Source: Acidobacteriota bacterium
GTDB taxonomy: Bacteria > Acidobacteriota > UBA890 > WLXD01
Reading direction: 5' to 3'
NCBI GenBank assembly: GCA_965248845.1
Contig: CBDFKO010000002.1
Location: 1,820,564 to 1,884,563, forward strand
Length of the DNA stretch: 64,000 bases
Both the position numbers and the translations under genes were made by a program. The notes beneath the pieces were generated by a model that worked only from the letters and a program-made list of their open reading frames with translations, was not told the DNA's origin and ran no database searches. This document shows positions 8,564 through 17,924 of the stretch, piece after piece (the stretch's first letter is position 1; every line of letters starts with the position of its first letter).

Positions 8564-11315
8564 GTGTCGGGAGCCCGAGGCAACATAGCCTTCCGGCCCA
8601 TGGAAAGCGGAACCCGGCTCGACCACTACGAGATCGTCGACAAGATCGGCGCCGGCGGCATGGGCGAGGTGTACCTCGGTACCGACTCCCGCCTCGGCCG
8701 CCAGGTGGCCATCAAGGTGCTGCCCGAGCAGTTCGCCTCCGACCCCGAGCGCCCGCTCGCTTCGAGCAGGAGGCCCGAGCCGCCGCCGCCCTCAACCACC
8801 CCCACATCGCGGTGCTCCACGACATCGGTGAAGCCGACGGCACCCACTACATGGTGCAGGAGTACCTGCAGGGCAAGACCTTGCGCGATGCCCTCGCGAG
8901 CGGCGCGATGCCGCTCGACCGGGCGCTGGCGCTCGGCGCCGAGATCGCCGCGGCGCTGAAGGCGGCGCACCGGGCCGGAATCGTCCACCGCGACCTGAAG
9001 CCCGAGAACATCTTCGTCACCGAGGACGGCCACGCCAAGGTGCTCGACTTCGGTCTCGCCAAGCTCACCGAGAGGGGAGCTGTCGTCACCGGGGGCACGT
9101 CGATGTCGCCGACGGTGCTGGGCACCCAGGCGGGTGCGATCATGGGGACCGTCGGGTACATGGTCCCGGAGCAGGTTCAGGGCGAGGAGATCGACCAGCG
9201 CGCCGACCTGTTCGCGTTCGGCTGTGTGCTCTACGAGATGGTGGCGGGCAAGCGTGCGTTCGCCGGCGACAACGTTCACGAGACGCTCAGCCGCATTCTC
9301 AGCAAGCAGCCGCCGCCGCTGCAGGAGAGGCGCGCCGACCTACCACCGCGTCTCGGCTGGATCGTCGACAAGGCCCTGGCCAAGGATCCGGTTCGCCGGT
9401 ACCAGTACGCCGACGATCTCGTGGTCGATCTGCAGGCGCTCGCGGCCGACGTGGAGTCGGGCACGGCCATGCCCCTCGGTGGGCCGCTTGACGCCGCTCC
9501 CGCCGCTGTGGAAACGGCTCCCGGCATCCCCTGGAAGCTCGTGGCCCCGGTTGCGGTGGCAGCTCTTCTCATCGGTGTCCTCGGGACCCGGTTCGCCACC
9601 CGGCCTGCTCCCCAGGCTCCTGAGCTCCCCATGCGATTCGAGTTCGAGCTGCCAGAGGGAGTCAATTTCAGCAATACAGGCCGTCGGTCCGTGGCCATCT
9701 CGCCCGACGGCTCGCGGATCGTCTTTGCCGCCAACAGCCAGCTCTGGATGCGGCAGGTCGGTGATCTCGTGCCCACCCCGATCCCGGGTACAGAGACGGG
9801 GCGCACACCGTTCTTTTCCCCGATGGGCAGCAGATCGGGTTCGTTGCCGAGAATCCGTATCAGCTCAAGCGGATCGCCGTTACCGGGGGAGCGCCGGTGG
9901 TCCTCGGTGCGGCTTCGAATCCCTACGGGGCAAGCTGGGCCGACAACGGCTTGATCTACTTCGGCCAGGGACCCGAGGGGATCTGGCAGGTTCCGGGCAC
10001 CGGGGGCACGCCGGAGGTCGTCATCGACGTACAAGACGGCGAGCAGGCACAAGGCCCGCAACTTCTCCCAGGTGGCGAATGGCTCCTGTTCGCGCTGCGC
10101 AGTGCCGGCGGATGGAACGAGGCGAGCATCGTGGCTCAGTCGTTGGTCACCGAGCAGCGGGTGGTGCTGATCCAGGGAGGCACCGCCGCCCGCTGGGTGC
10201 CGACGGGGCACCTCGTATACGCGCTGGCGGGAACCCTCTTTGCCGTGGCCTTCGATCCGGGTGTCATGGAGCCGCCCTCGCGACCCGCCTCCATGGTCGA
10301 GGGAATCAGAATGGCCGCGGTTACCGGAACCGCCAACTACGGATTCACGGAAAATGGCAGGCTCGTCTACGTGCCGGGCACCGCCGGTGCCACCGATGTC
10401 AACCAGCTCTCCTGGGTGGACCGTGACGGCCGGGTCGAGCCGCTGCCGTTCGAGCCGCGTGATTCCTCCGGCGTGGACCTGTCGCCGGACGGGCGGCGCA
10501 TCGCGCTCGAAATCGAGGGAACCGACGAGGGAAGTGACGCAGACGACATCTGGATCTACGAGGTGGACCGAGGCGGCAGCCAGGTTCTGCTGACCACGGA
10601 GGGCGACAACGAGACTCCGGTCTGGTCGCCCGACGGAGAGTGGGTCTTCTTCGCCTCGGATCGGGGTGGCAACCGCGACATCTGGAAGCGGCGGGCGGAC
10701 CGGAGTCTCGATGCCGAGCTGGTTTTGGACATGGAGGCTCCAGTGCGACCGGCGGCGATCTCGGCGGACGGTGAGATGCTGCTGTTTCACAACTCGACCT
10801 TTCCGGATAGCGACGGCGGGAGATCCTGGCCCTCGATACAGATGAGGAACCGGAAATGCTCCTTGCTACGCCGGCCTTTGAGTTGATGCACGACTTCTCG
10901 CCGGACGGTCGCTTCTTCGCCTTCAGCTCGAACGAGACCGGGCAAAGAGAGGTGTACGTGAGGGAGGTGGCGAGCGGTCGGACATTCCCGGTCTCTACGA
11001 GTACTCATGGTGGCGTTAGCGCTCGCTGGTCGCAGGACGGCAGGGAGATCTACTACTACTCCAGCAACGGCCCCGGCATCCTCGCGGCGGAAGTGGCGAT
11101 GGAGCCGTTTTCCGCATCCGCACCCGTCGAAATCTCGGACATCGTCCAGCGTCGCCGTACCAACTTCGACGTCACCGCCGACGGACAGAGGTTCCTGGTA
11201 ACGCTACCCGCCAACCGCGCGGGCCCCGGGAACCCAGCGACCGCCACCCCCCCGAATCCGCGTCGTCCTCAACTGGTTCGAGGAGTTGAAGCAGCGGGTA
11301 CCGACGGGGCGGTAG
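8564..11315 (+). pseudogene. full-length Ser/Thr protein kinase-TolB/PD40 beta-propeller paralog (e) carrying four separate 1-nt frameshifts
   Basis: N-terminus [41 protein letters not shown] (Gly loop + VAIK) and catalytic [16 protein letters not shown] are present. Frame changes fall near 8750, 9820, 10820 and 11250, each visible as a 1-nt deletion against paralogs (a)/(c); the first is not in a homopolymer, the last is in a C7 run. A TM segment and PD40 repeats follow the kinase. Confidence 0.7.
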
Positions 11316-11424
11316 GACGGGCCCATCGTGACGAGCGTCGAGTCAATGTTCCTCAACCCGACCGACTTCTCGCCCCTCCAATAGCCAAGGAAAGCGGGCG
11401 CCTGCCCGCGTGCCCGGAGCCTGG

Positions 11425-11650
11425 TAGACGCCGTCGCTGGTGATGTGGTACCCCTAGTCTCGTCCGGCAAGCGCCGGAACGGGAAGCGGGTGCGAATCCC
11501 GCGCTGCCCCGCAACTGTGATCGGGGACGAAAGCCGCTCGAAGCCGCCGCGCAACGCGACGGCCCGAACGCCACTGGGCCACGGCCCGGGAAGGTAGCGG
11601 CGAGTAGGATGATCCGTAAGCCAGGAGACCGGAATCAGCCTGTTGGTTGA
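11425..11650 (+). promoter_or_regulatory. cobalamin (AdoCbl) riboswitch
   Basis: GGTGATG...GGGAAGCGGGTGCGAATCCCGCGCTGCCCCGCAACTGTGA...GCCACTGGGCC (B12 box) ...GGGAAGG...GATGATCCGTAAGCCAGGAGACCGG follows the Rfam RF00174 consensus order. It sits immediately 5' of a TonB-dependent receptor gene. Confidence 0.85.
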
Positions 11651-11671
11651 CCCTCGAGGGAGGGCTGCATC

Positions 11672-13569
11672 ATGCGGTCTCGTCTTTTTTCTCTTGTCCT
11701 GGCGTGCACGTTCGTAACGCCGACCATCGCCCTCGCCCAGACCGGGCAGACCGAATCCGAGCCGGAACGAATCCAGCTCGAGGAAAAGGTCACCGTCACC
11801 GCGACGCGGCTCCAGGAGCCCGTTCGTGATGTCGGCAGCAGCGTGACGGTCGTCACGGCCGAACAGATCCGCGCCAGCGGGGCGCGCTGGCTGCTGGACG
11901 TCCTATCGCGCGTGCCGGGGCTGAGCGTGGCCCGCACCGGAGGTCCCGGCGCAGTCACCAGGTCTTCACCCGGGGCACCAACTCCAACCACACCCTGGTT
12001 CTGATCAACGGGCTCAAGGCCAACACCCCGGCCACCGGAGCCTTCGACTGGGCATACCTGCCGGCCTCGTCGGTCGAGCGGGTCGAGATCATCCGGGGCC
12101 CGCAGAGTACCCTGTACGGCTCCGATGCGATCGGTGGCGTGATCAACGTGATCACCCGTGCGGCCGGCGGTGCGCCGCGCCTGGATCTGAGCATCGAGGC
12201 CGGCAGCTACTCGACGGCTCGGATCACAGGCGGCCTGCAGGGCAGTGGCCGAGGCACCCGCTACGCGCTCGGCTTCGACTATCTCGACACCGACAACATC
12301 TCGGCGGCCGACGCGCGCGCCGGCAACACCGAGCGCGACGGTTTCCGCAACGCGGCGATCGACGGTCGCATCGGTCATCGCTTCGACTCCGGCCTCGACC
12401 TCGAGGCCTTCGCCACCTGGAGCAACGGCCGTACCCACTTCGACGGCTTCGATTTCGCCCTCGGGCCGATCGACGATCCCACGGCACTCTCGGACTCGCG
12501 CTCCCTCTTCGCGGCCGCGCGGGCCGGCTACGCGGCGGGGCTGTGGTCGGGTCAGGCGACGCTCTCGACGAGCGACACGCGTCTCGACACCGAGACTCCC
12601 GACGGCTTCAATACGGCGTCGGTCGTCGAGACCACGGTCAACGAGATCGACTTTCAGAACGAGCTGCGCTTCGACGACAACAACACCACGGTCGCCGGGC
12701 TCGAATACCGGCAAGAAAGCGCCCGGTCCAGCGCCGAGAGCTTCTTCGGCACGAGCGGCTTCGACGAGAAGATCGACGTGCTCGGGTTGTACGCACAGCA
12801 CCGGTTCAGCTGGGGCGACCGGCTCCACCTCAGCGGCGGCGTGCGCGCGGAGGAGCACGAGAAGTTCGGAGGCAAGACGACCTACCGATTCACAGCGGCC
12901 TACGTGCCCGCCACGGGAGTACGGCTACACGGTTCGCTGGGAACGGGCTTCCGAGCGCCCACCTTCAACGAGCTGTACTTCCCCGGATTCGGCAACCCGG
13001 CGCTCGGGCCGGAGGCGAGCACCGGCTGGGATCTGGGGGTCGGCGGCAACTGGCTCGACGGCCGACTGGAGATCGATGCCACCTACTTCCGCAACGACCT
13101 GGACGGGCTGATCGAGTTCACCTTCCCGGCAGGCTTCGTCAACCTGGGGCAGGCACAGACCCGCGGTCTCGAGGTCAACCTCGGCAGCCTCCCGCACCGG
13201 AAGGTGCGGATCGACGCCAACTACACGTTTACCGACGCCCATGCGCTCGGCAGTGACGAGCAGCTGTTGCGCCGGCCCCGGCACCAGGGCGCCGTCATGG
13301 TTCGCGTCGCGCCCCGACCGGACGTCAGCTTCTTCACGGAGCTACGCTACAAGGGCGCCCGCAACGACTTCGGCACCGTGGCCCCGGTCGAGCTGCCGAG
13401 CTACGTGGTGTTCAACGCCACGGCCCAGGCACGACTGACCGGCGATTTCGAGGCGATCGGGCGCATCGACAACATCTTCGACGCGCGTTACCAGGACGTC
13501 TGGGGCTACGGCACTCCGGGCGTCAGCGGCTACCTGGGGTTGCGTTATCGCTGGCCATCGGGCCGCTGA
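11672..13569 (+). CDS. btuB: TonB-dependent outer-membrane receptor, BtuB-like, with one apparent frameshift near 11955
   Basis: Signal peptide and plug (VTVTATRLQEPVRDVGSSVTVVTAEQI...VPGLSVARTGGPG). After a 1-nt shift it continues QVFTRGTNSNHTLVLINGLKANTP...RVEIIRGPQSTLYGSDAIGGVINVIT into a beta-barrel ending ...GLRYRW. Cobalamin riboswitch upstream. Confidence 0.75.
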
Positions 13570-14011
13570 TCGCGGCCACCAGACCGGAAGGATGGAGAGG
13601 CTCGGGCACCGCCTGCGCGGTCGGAGGGAACGCCATCAGGAGCAGCGCTGCGGCCGGGATCAGCGACACGACGAGGAAGCCGACCGCAACGCGACGCTCG
13701 AGCCCTGGCTCCGTCCGCGCGATCACTGCCAGACCCCAAACGACGAGGGCGGCGCCGCCCAGCCCGAGACCGATCAGAACCGACACCGCGTTCCACGCCG
13801 GCAGGTGCGCGGGGCCGGACGCCCAGCGCAGCACGGCGAAGGCGGCGAACGCGAACATGACCGCAGCCAGCCCGTGCCCACGATGCATCAGCAGGTACCG
13901 ATAGGGGGCACGTCGCGAGGCGAGCCAGACGAGCACGGCAACGAGCGCCAGTCGCCAGAAGACGCGGACGGCCGAACCGATCAGCCCGGTGATCGAGAGC
14001 GCTTCCTCCAT
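13523..14011 (-). CDS. hypothetical integral membrane protein (about 4 TM helices)
   Basis: Minus-strand ORF with hydrophobic helices (LALVAVLVWLA, LAAVMFAFAAFAVL, VSVLIGLGLGGAALVVWGLAVIA, AVGFLVVSLIPAAALLLMAF). Start chosen at MEEALSITG. The overlapping plus-strand ORF is Arg/Glu-rich low-complexity sequence. Confidence 0.5.
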   Translation of the reverse strand: MEEALSITGLIGSAVRVFWRLALVAVLVWLASRRAPYRYLLMHRGHGLAAVMFAFAAFAVLRWASGPAHLPAWNAVSVLIGLGLGGAALVVWGLAVIARTEPGLERRVAVGFLVVSLIPAAALLLMAFPPTAQAVPEPLHPSGLVAAISGPMASDNATPGSR

Positions 14012-14111
14012 GCGCCGAGTGTAGCCGCCGCTGTCGCGCTGCACGATCTCGCCCGAGGATAGCCGCGCGCCGCCTAGCCACCGAGGCACCCGGTTCGCTA
14101 GCATCGGGAGG

Positions 14112-15407
14112 ATGAGCAACCCGCGAACACGATCCGTCGCGATCTTGGCGCTGTCGGCAGCGCTCCTCGCTGTCCCGGCACTACCCCGGGCTCCCATTCA
14201 GGAGACCGGCGCCGACTGGCCGCAGTGGCGGGGCCCGAGCCGCGACGGCACGGTCGGCGGTGGTTTCGACACGTGGCCCGGCGAGCTCGAGCGGGTCTGG
14301 TCGGTCGAGGTCGGTCTCGGCCATTCGTCTCCCGTGACAGCGGCCGGCCGTGCGTACCAGTTCTCGCGCCAGGAGGGAGACGAGGTCCTCCAGGCCCTCG
14401 ACGTCGAAACCGGCGCACGGCTGTGGCAGTTGCGCTACCCGGCTCCGTACCGGGTCCACACGGGCGCCGAATTCCACGGTCGGGGACCAAAATCGACACC
14501 CCTCGTCGCCGACGGCCGCGTCTTCGTGCTCGGCATCAGCGGCATTCTGAGCGCCGTCGACAGCCGCGACGGCGCGCTCCTGTGGCGACACGAGTTCGAC
14601 GACGAGTTCGCCGCGACCTCGCCGAACTTCGGCACCGCCATGTCGCCCATTCTGTACGACGATACTCTGATCGCCTACGTCGGCGGCGACAACGACGGAG
14701 CACTCGCCGCCTTCGACGTAGAGACCGGCGCCGAGTGGTGGCGGTGGGCGGCCGACGGGCCCGGCTACGCCTCGCCGGTGCTGGCGACCTTCCGCGAGTC
14801 GCTGCAGCTCATCACCCAGACCCACCGACAGATCATCGGCGTCGACCCTGGCAGCGGTGAGCTGCTCTGGAGTGTCGGATTCCAGACCGACTTCGATCAG
14901 AACTCGGTAACCGCCCTGGCAATCGGCGAGTCCGTTATCCTCTCGGGGCTGAACAACGGCATCTTCCGCGCCCGACCCGAGCCGGGTCCCGACGGGTGGC
15001 GGCTGATGCAGCTGTGGAAGACCGCCGATGCGTCGCTGTACATGAGCTCGCCGGTGCTGAGCAACGGGCGCGTCTTCGGTTTTTCGCATCGCCGCTCTGG
15101 CCAGTTCTTCGCGCTCGATCCGGAAAGCGGCGAGCTTATCTGGAGTAGTCGCGGCCGCGAAGGCGGCAACGCGGCCCTCCTGGTGGTGGATGACCACGTC
15201 CTTTTTCTTACCGACGAGGCGCGCCTGATCGTCGTCGACGCGGGCGCCGATACGTACGCCCCGGTGGCCGAGTACTCCGTCGCCGACTCGCCCACCTGGG
15301 CCCATCCCGCCCCCGTCGGGGACGGCCTGCTGATCAAGGACCACGAGACCCTAACGCGCTGGCGAATCGAGCCCGACTCTACCCACACAGATGCGAGGCC
15401 ATCATGA
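14112..15407 (+). CDS. secreted PQQ-like (BamB-like) beta-propeller repeat protein
   Basis: Signal peptide, then DWPQWRGPSRDG and repeated ...G..LW... blades, as in PQQ-enzyme-repeat / outer membrane assembly BamB-family proteins. Confidence 0.7.
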   Translation: MSNPRTRSVAILALSAALLAVPALPRAPIQETGADWPQWRGPSRDGTVGGGFDTWPGELERVWSVEVGLGHSSPVTAAGRAYQFSRQEGDEVLQALDVETGARLWQLRYPAPYRVHTGAEFHGRGPKSTPLVADGRVFVLGISGILSAVDSRDGALLWRHEFDDEFAATSPNFGTAMSPILYDDTLIAYVGGDNDGALAAFDVETGAEWWRWAADGPGYASPVLATFRESLQLITQTHRQIIGVDPGSGELLWSVGFQTDFDQNSVTALAIGESVILSGLNNGIFRARPEPGPDGWRLMQLWKTADASLYMSSPVLSNGRVFGFSHRRSGQFFALDPESGELIWSSRGREGGNAALLVVDDHVLFLTDEARLIVVDAGADTYAPVAEYSVADSPTWAHPAPVGDGLLIKDHETLTRWRIEPDSTHTDARPS

Positions 15408-15600
15408 TGTCCGGCTTCAAGGGGAACGACACATTCGAGAGCCCAAGCGACGCGGCGATCCTCGCGGCCACAGCACCGGTCGCCCCTGACTCGGGTTGCA
15501 TTCCCGACGTCAGCACCCTGTGCTTGGGTGATGAGGGCCGCTTCCAGGCCCGGCTCGATTGGCGCCACGGCCTGCTAGGTGTGAGTTCTGGGTAGGTTGT

Positions 15601-16051
15601 TCACGGACTCACCTGGAGCCTGGACATCGGAGTCTGCATGCCGATGCCCGCATGGGGTCGGTGACGATTGTAGTGGTTGGTCCAGGGTCCGAGAGCTCGA
15701 GTTCGGTGAGCGGAGGTCTGGTAGCAGGCTCCGTAGGCCCATTGTTCCTTGAGCGTGCGTATGAAGCGCTCGGCCTTGCCGTTGGTCCGGGGCGTGTAGG
15801 GCCTGGTGTAGAGGTGGCGGATGTTGAGTCGCCGACAGGTTCGATTGAAGCGTTTGGAACGATAGCCGGGCCCGTTATCGGTCATCACACACTCGATGAC
15901 GAGGCCAAGTTTTCGGTAGAACTGGACTGCTCGTATCAGGAACTCGGTACAGGTGAACTGGCCCTCGTTGTGTAGCACCTGGACGTAGGCGATGCGGCTG
16001 TGGTCCTCGACGGCAACGTGGGCATGTTCCCAGCCGGCTCCCTCAACGGTC
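15601..16051 (-). pseudogene. IS481-family transposase, C-terminal (rve integrase core) half
   Basis: ...GAGWEHAHVAVEDHSRIAYVQVLHNEGQ...YTRPYTPRTNGKAERFIRTLKEQWAY is the IS481/IS3-type DDE integrase core. Confidence 0.75.
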
Positions 16052-16055
16052 CTAG

Positions 16056-17359
16056 CAGGCTGCTGAAAAACTCCCCTTGTTCGAGTAGATTCTGAACCAC
16101 GCAGCCCGCGGCAAAAACCGAAGCATCAACGAGGTGAGCAGATGCGTGGTGAGGACGCGGGACAGGTGGCCGCCTTTAGTTACGTATCTCCGGAGCAGCG
16201 AGTACCGAAAGAGCATCCGCTGCGGCCGCTGCTGAGGATCGTCAACGACGTGCTGGGGCGGATGTCGCCGCTGTTCGAGAAGCTGTACTCGCACACGGGC
16301 CGTCCGTCTATCCCGCCGGAGAAGCTGCTGCGGGCGCTGCTGCTGCAGGTGCTGTACACGATTCGCTCCGAGCGCATGCTGATGGAGCAGCTCGACTACA
16401 ACCTGCTGTTCCGGTGGTTTGTGGGCCTGAACATGGACGATCTGGTGTGGGATGCGACGGTGTTCACGAAGAACCGGGATCGAGTGTTGGGAGGCGAGGT
16501 CGCCGAGGTGTTCTTCCAGGAAGTGCTGGCGGAGGCACGGCGCCGCAGCCTGCTGTCGGATGAACACTTCACGGTGGACGGCACGCTGATCGAGGCGTGG
16601 GCCTCGCACAAGAGCTTCAAGCCGAAGGATCAGAGCGACTCCGATGAGGGCGGCAGCAACCCGAGCGTCGATTTCCGCCGGCAACGGCGCACGAACGATA
16701 CTCACGCCTCCAGGACCGACCCGGAGGCACGCCTATACAAGAAGAGTAAGGGAGCCGAGTCGAGGCTCTGCTACATGGGTCACCTGATGATCGACAACCG
16801 CCACGGGTTAGCAACCAACGCCTGCGTAACGATCGCTTCGGGAACAGCAGAACGAGAGGCCGCCGTGCAGATGGCGGGCGAGATTCCCGGAAGGGGCCGG
16901 GTAACCTTGGCGGCCGACAAGGGCTACGACACGCGAGACTGCATCCGAAAGCTTCGAGATCGCAACATCACCCCGCACGTCGCACAGAACGACACGAACC
17001 GGCGCAGCGCCATCGACCGCCGCACGACCCGGCACCCGGGCTACACGGTCAGTCAGAAGAAACGCAAGCTCATCGAGCAGATGTTCGGATGGGCCAAGAC
17101 GGTCGGGCTGATGCGCAAGACCAGACACCGAGGCACGCAACGTGTCGATTGGATGTTCATCTTCACCGCCGCTGCCTTCAACCTGGTCAGAATGCGCAAC
17201 CTCGAGGGGGCGACGTGACGATGAGGGCACCAATCCCCAAGAAATGCCGGCGCTGCCAGCAGCGCCGGCCTCGTACCCGCACTCGGCGCCCCGCTAACTC
17301 ACCGTGATCGAGACGATCCAGCCCAAAATGGCGCGCCCAAGCCGTTTTTCAGCAGCCTG
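16056..17359 (+). mobile_element. IS5-family insertion sequence copy A (1304 bp) with 16-bp perfect terminal IRs CAGGCTGCTGAAAAAC and a 4-bp CTAG target duplication (16052..16055 / 17360..17363)
   Basis: The IRs and flanking CTAG are seen directly. The same organisation and junctions recur at 59903..61214 (inverted) and at the window start. Confidence 0.85.
16142..17218 (+). CDS. IS5-family DDE transposase (358 aa) with DUF772-type N-terminal domain
   Basis: N-terminal GRPSIPPEKLLRALLLQVLYTIRSERMLMEQLDYNLLFRWFVGL (InsH/DUF772-like). DDE region ...HFTVDGTLIEAWAS...LAADKGYD... Confidence 0.85.
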   Translation: MRGEDAGQVAAFSYVSPEQRVPKEHPLRPLLRIVNDVLGRMSPLFEKLYSHTGRPSIPPEKLLRALLLQVLYTIRSERMLMEQLDYNLLFRWFVGLNMDDLVWDATVFTKNRDRVLGGEVAEVFFQEVLAEARRRSLLSDEHFTVDGTLIEAWASHKSFKPKDQSDSDEGGSNPSVDFRRQRRTNDTHASRTDPEARLYKKSKGAESRLCYMGHLMIDNRHGLATNACVTIASGTAEREAAVQMAGEIPGRGRVTLAADKGYDTRDCIRKLRDRNITPHVAQNDTNRRSAIDRRTTRHPGYTVSQKKRKLIEQMFGWAKTVGLMRKTRHRGTQRVDWMFIFTAAAFNLVRMRNLEGAT

Positions 17360-17363
17360 CTAG

Positions 17364-17835
17364 AGCGGTCGCGGTGGATGCGGTGACCCGGCCGCACGAT
17401 GCGGGCGAGCTTCTTGGTGTCCATGTGCAACAGCTCGCCTGGTCGCTCCCGCTCGTAACGCCGGATGACTGCCTTCGGTTCCAGGTACAGCAGCCGGCCC
17501 AGGCCCGATCGCTTCAACCAGTCCGAGACCGTGGAGCGCGGGACCCCAACGCGCCGGCTGATTTGCCAAGCCGTCAACCGACGGCGTCGCAGCCGCTGGA
17601 TCCGACGCACCGTACGAGCGCTCGTCTGACCGGGGCTCCGGTGTGGCCGACTGGTTCGATCCAGCAGTCTCGACTCGCCCTCCTGCCGATACCTACGCAG
17701 CCACTTGTAGAGCGTTCGAGGGGATACACCCAGCGCCGCGGCCGTGTCCTTCACAGGCTCCGCCTGCTCCAGGACACGGCGGACCATCTCGCGGCGTATG
17801 TACGGGGTCGTTCGGGCGTTACTATGCAGCTGCAT
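17364..17835 (-). pseudogene. IS481-family transposase, N-terminal (HTH + start of catalytic core) half
   Basis: MQLHSNARTTPYIRREMVRRVLEQAEPVKDTAAALGVSPRTLYKWLRRYRQEG...ELLHMDTKKLARIVRPGHRIHRDR then runs into the IS5 end. Removing the IS5 and one CTAG copy rejoins it in frame with the C-terminal half (HRDRSRTVEGAGWEHAHVAVEDHSR). Confidence 0.75.
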
Positions 17836-17924
17836 CGGGCGCTCCTTCTGAGCTGTGGGTGTGTGGTAACCCCATTGTTCTCAGAAGTGAGCCCCGATGT
17901 GAACAACGTCCTCGGAATACACAG

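Larger units (their letters stand above)
15594..17909 (-). mobile_element. IS481-family insertion sequence (about 1.0 kb) interrupted by IS5-family copy A
   Basis: Imperfect terminal inverted repeats around GTTGTTCAC (15596..15604 and RC at 17899..17907). The single transposase gene is split into two halves that rejoin in frame once the IS5 plus one CTAG are removed. Confidence 0.7.

Noticed and set aside
13592-14062. Plus-strand 156-aa ORF overlapping the membrane-protein gene
   Set aside because: Highly charged Arg/Glu/His/Gln low-complexity sequence. The minus-strand frame gives four clear hydrophobic helices.
15404-15595. 63-aa ORF between the PQQ-like gene and the IS481 end
   Set aside because: No motifs or RBS. 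It probably represents the disrupted 3' flank created by the IS481 insertion rather than a gene.
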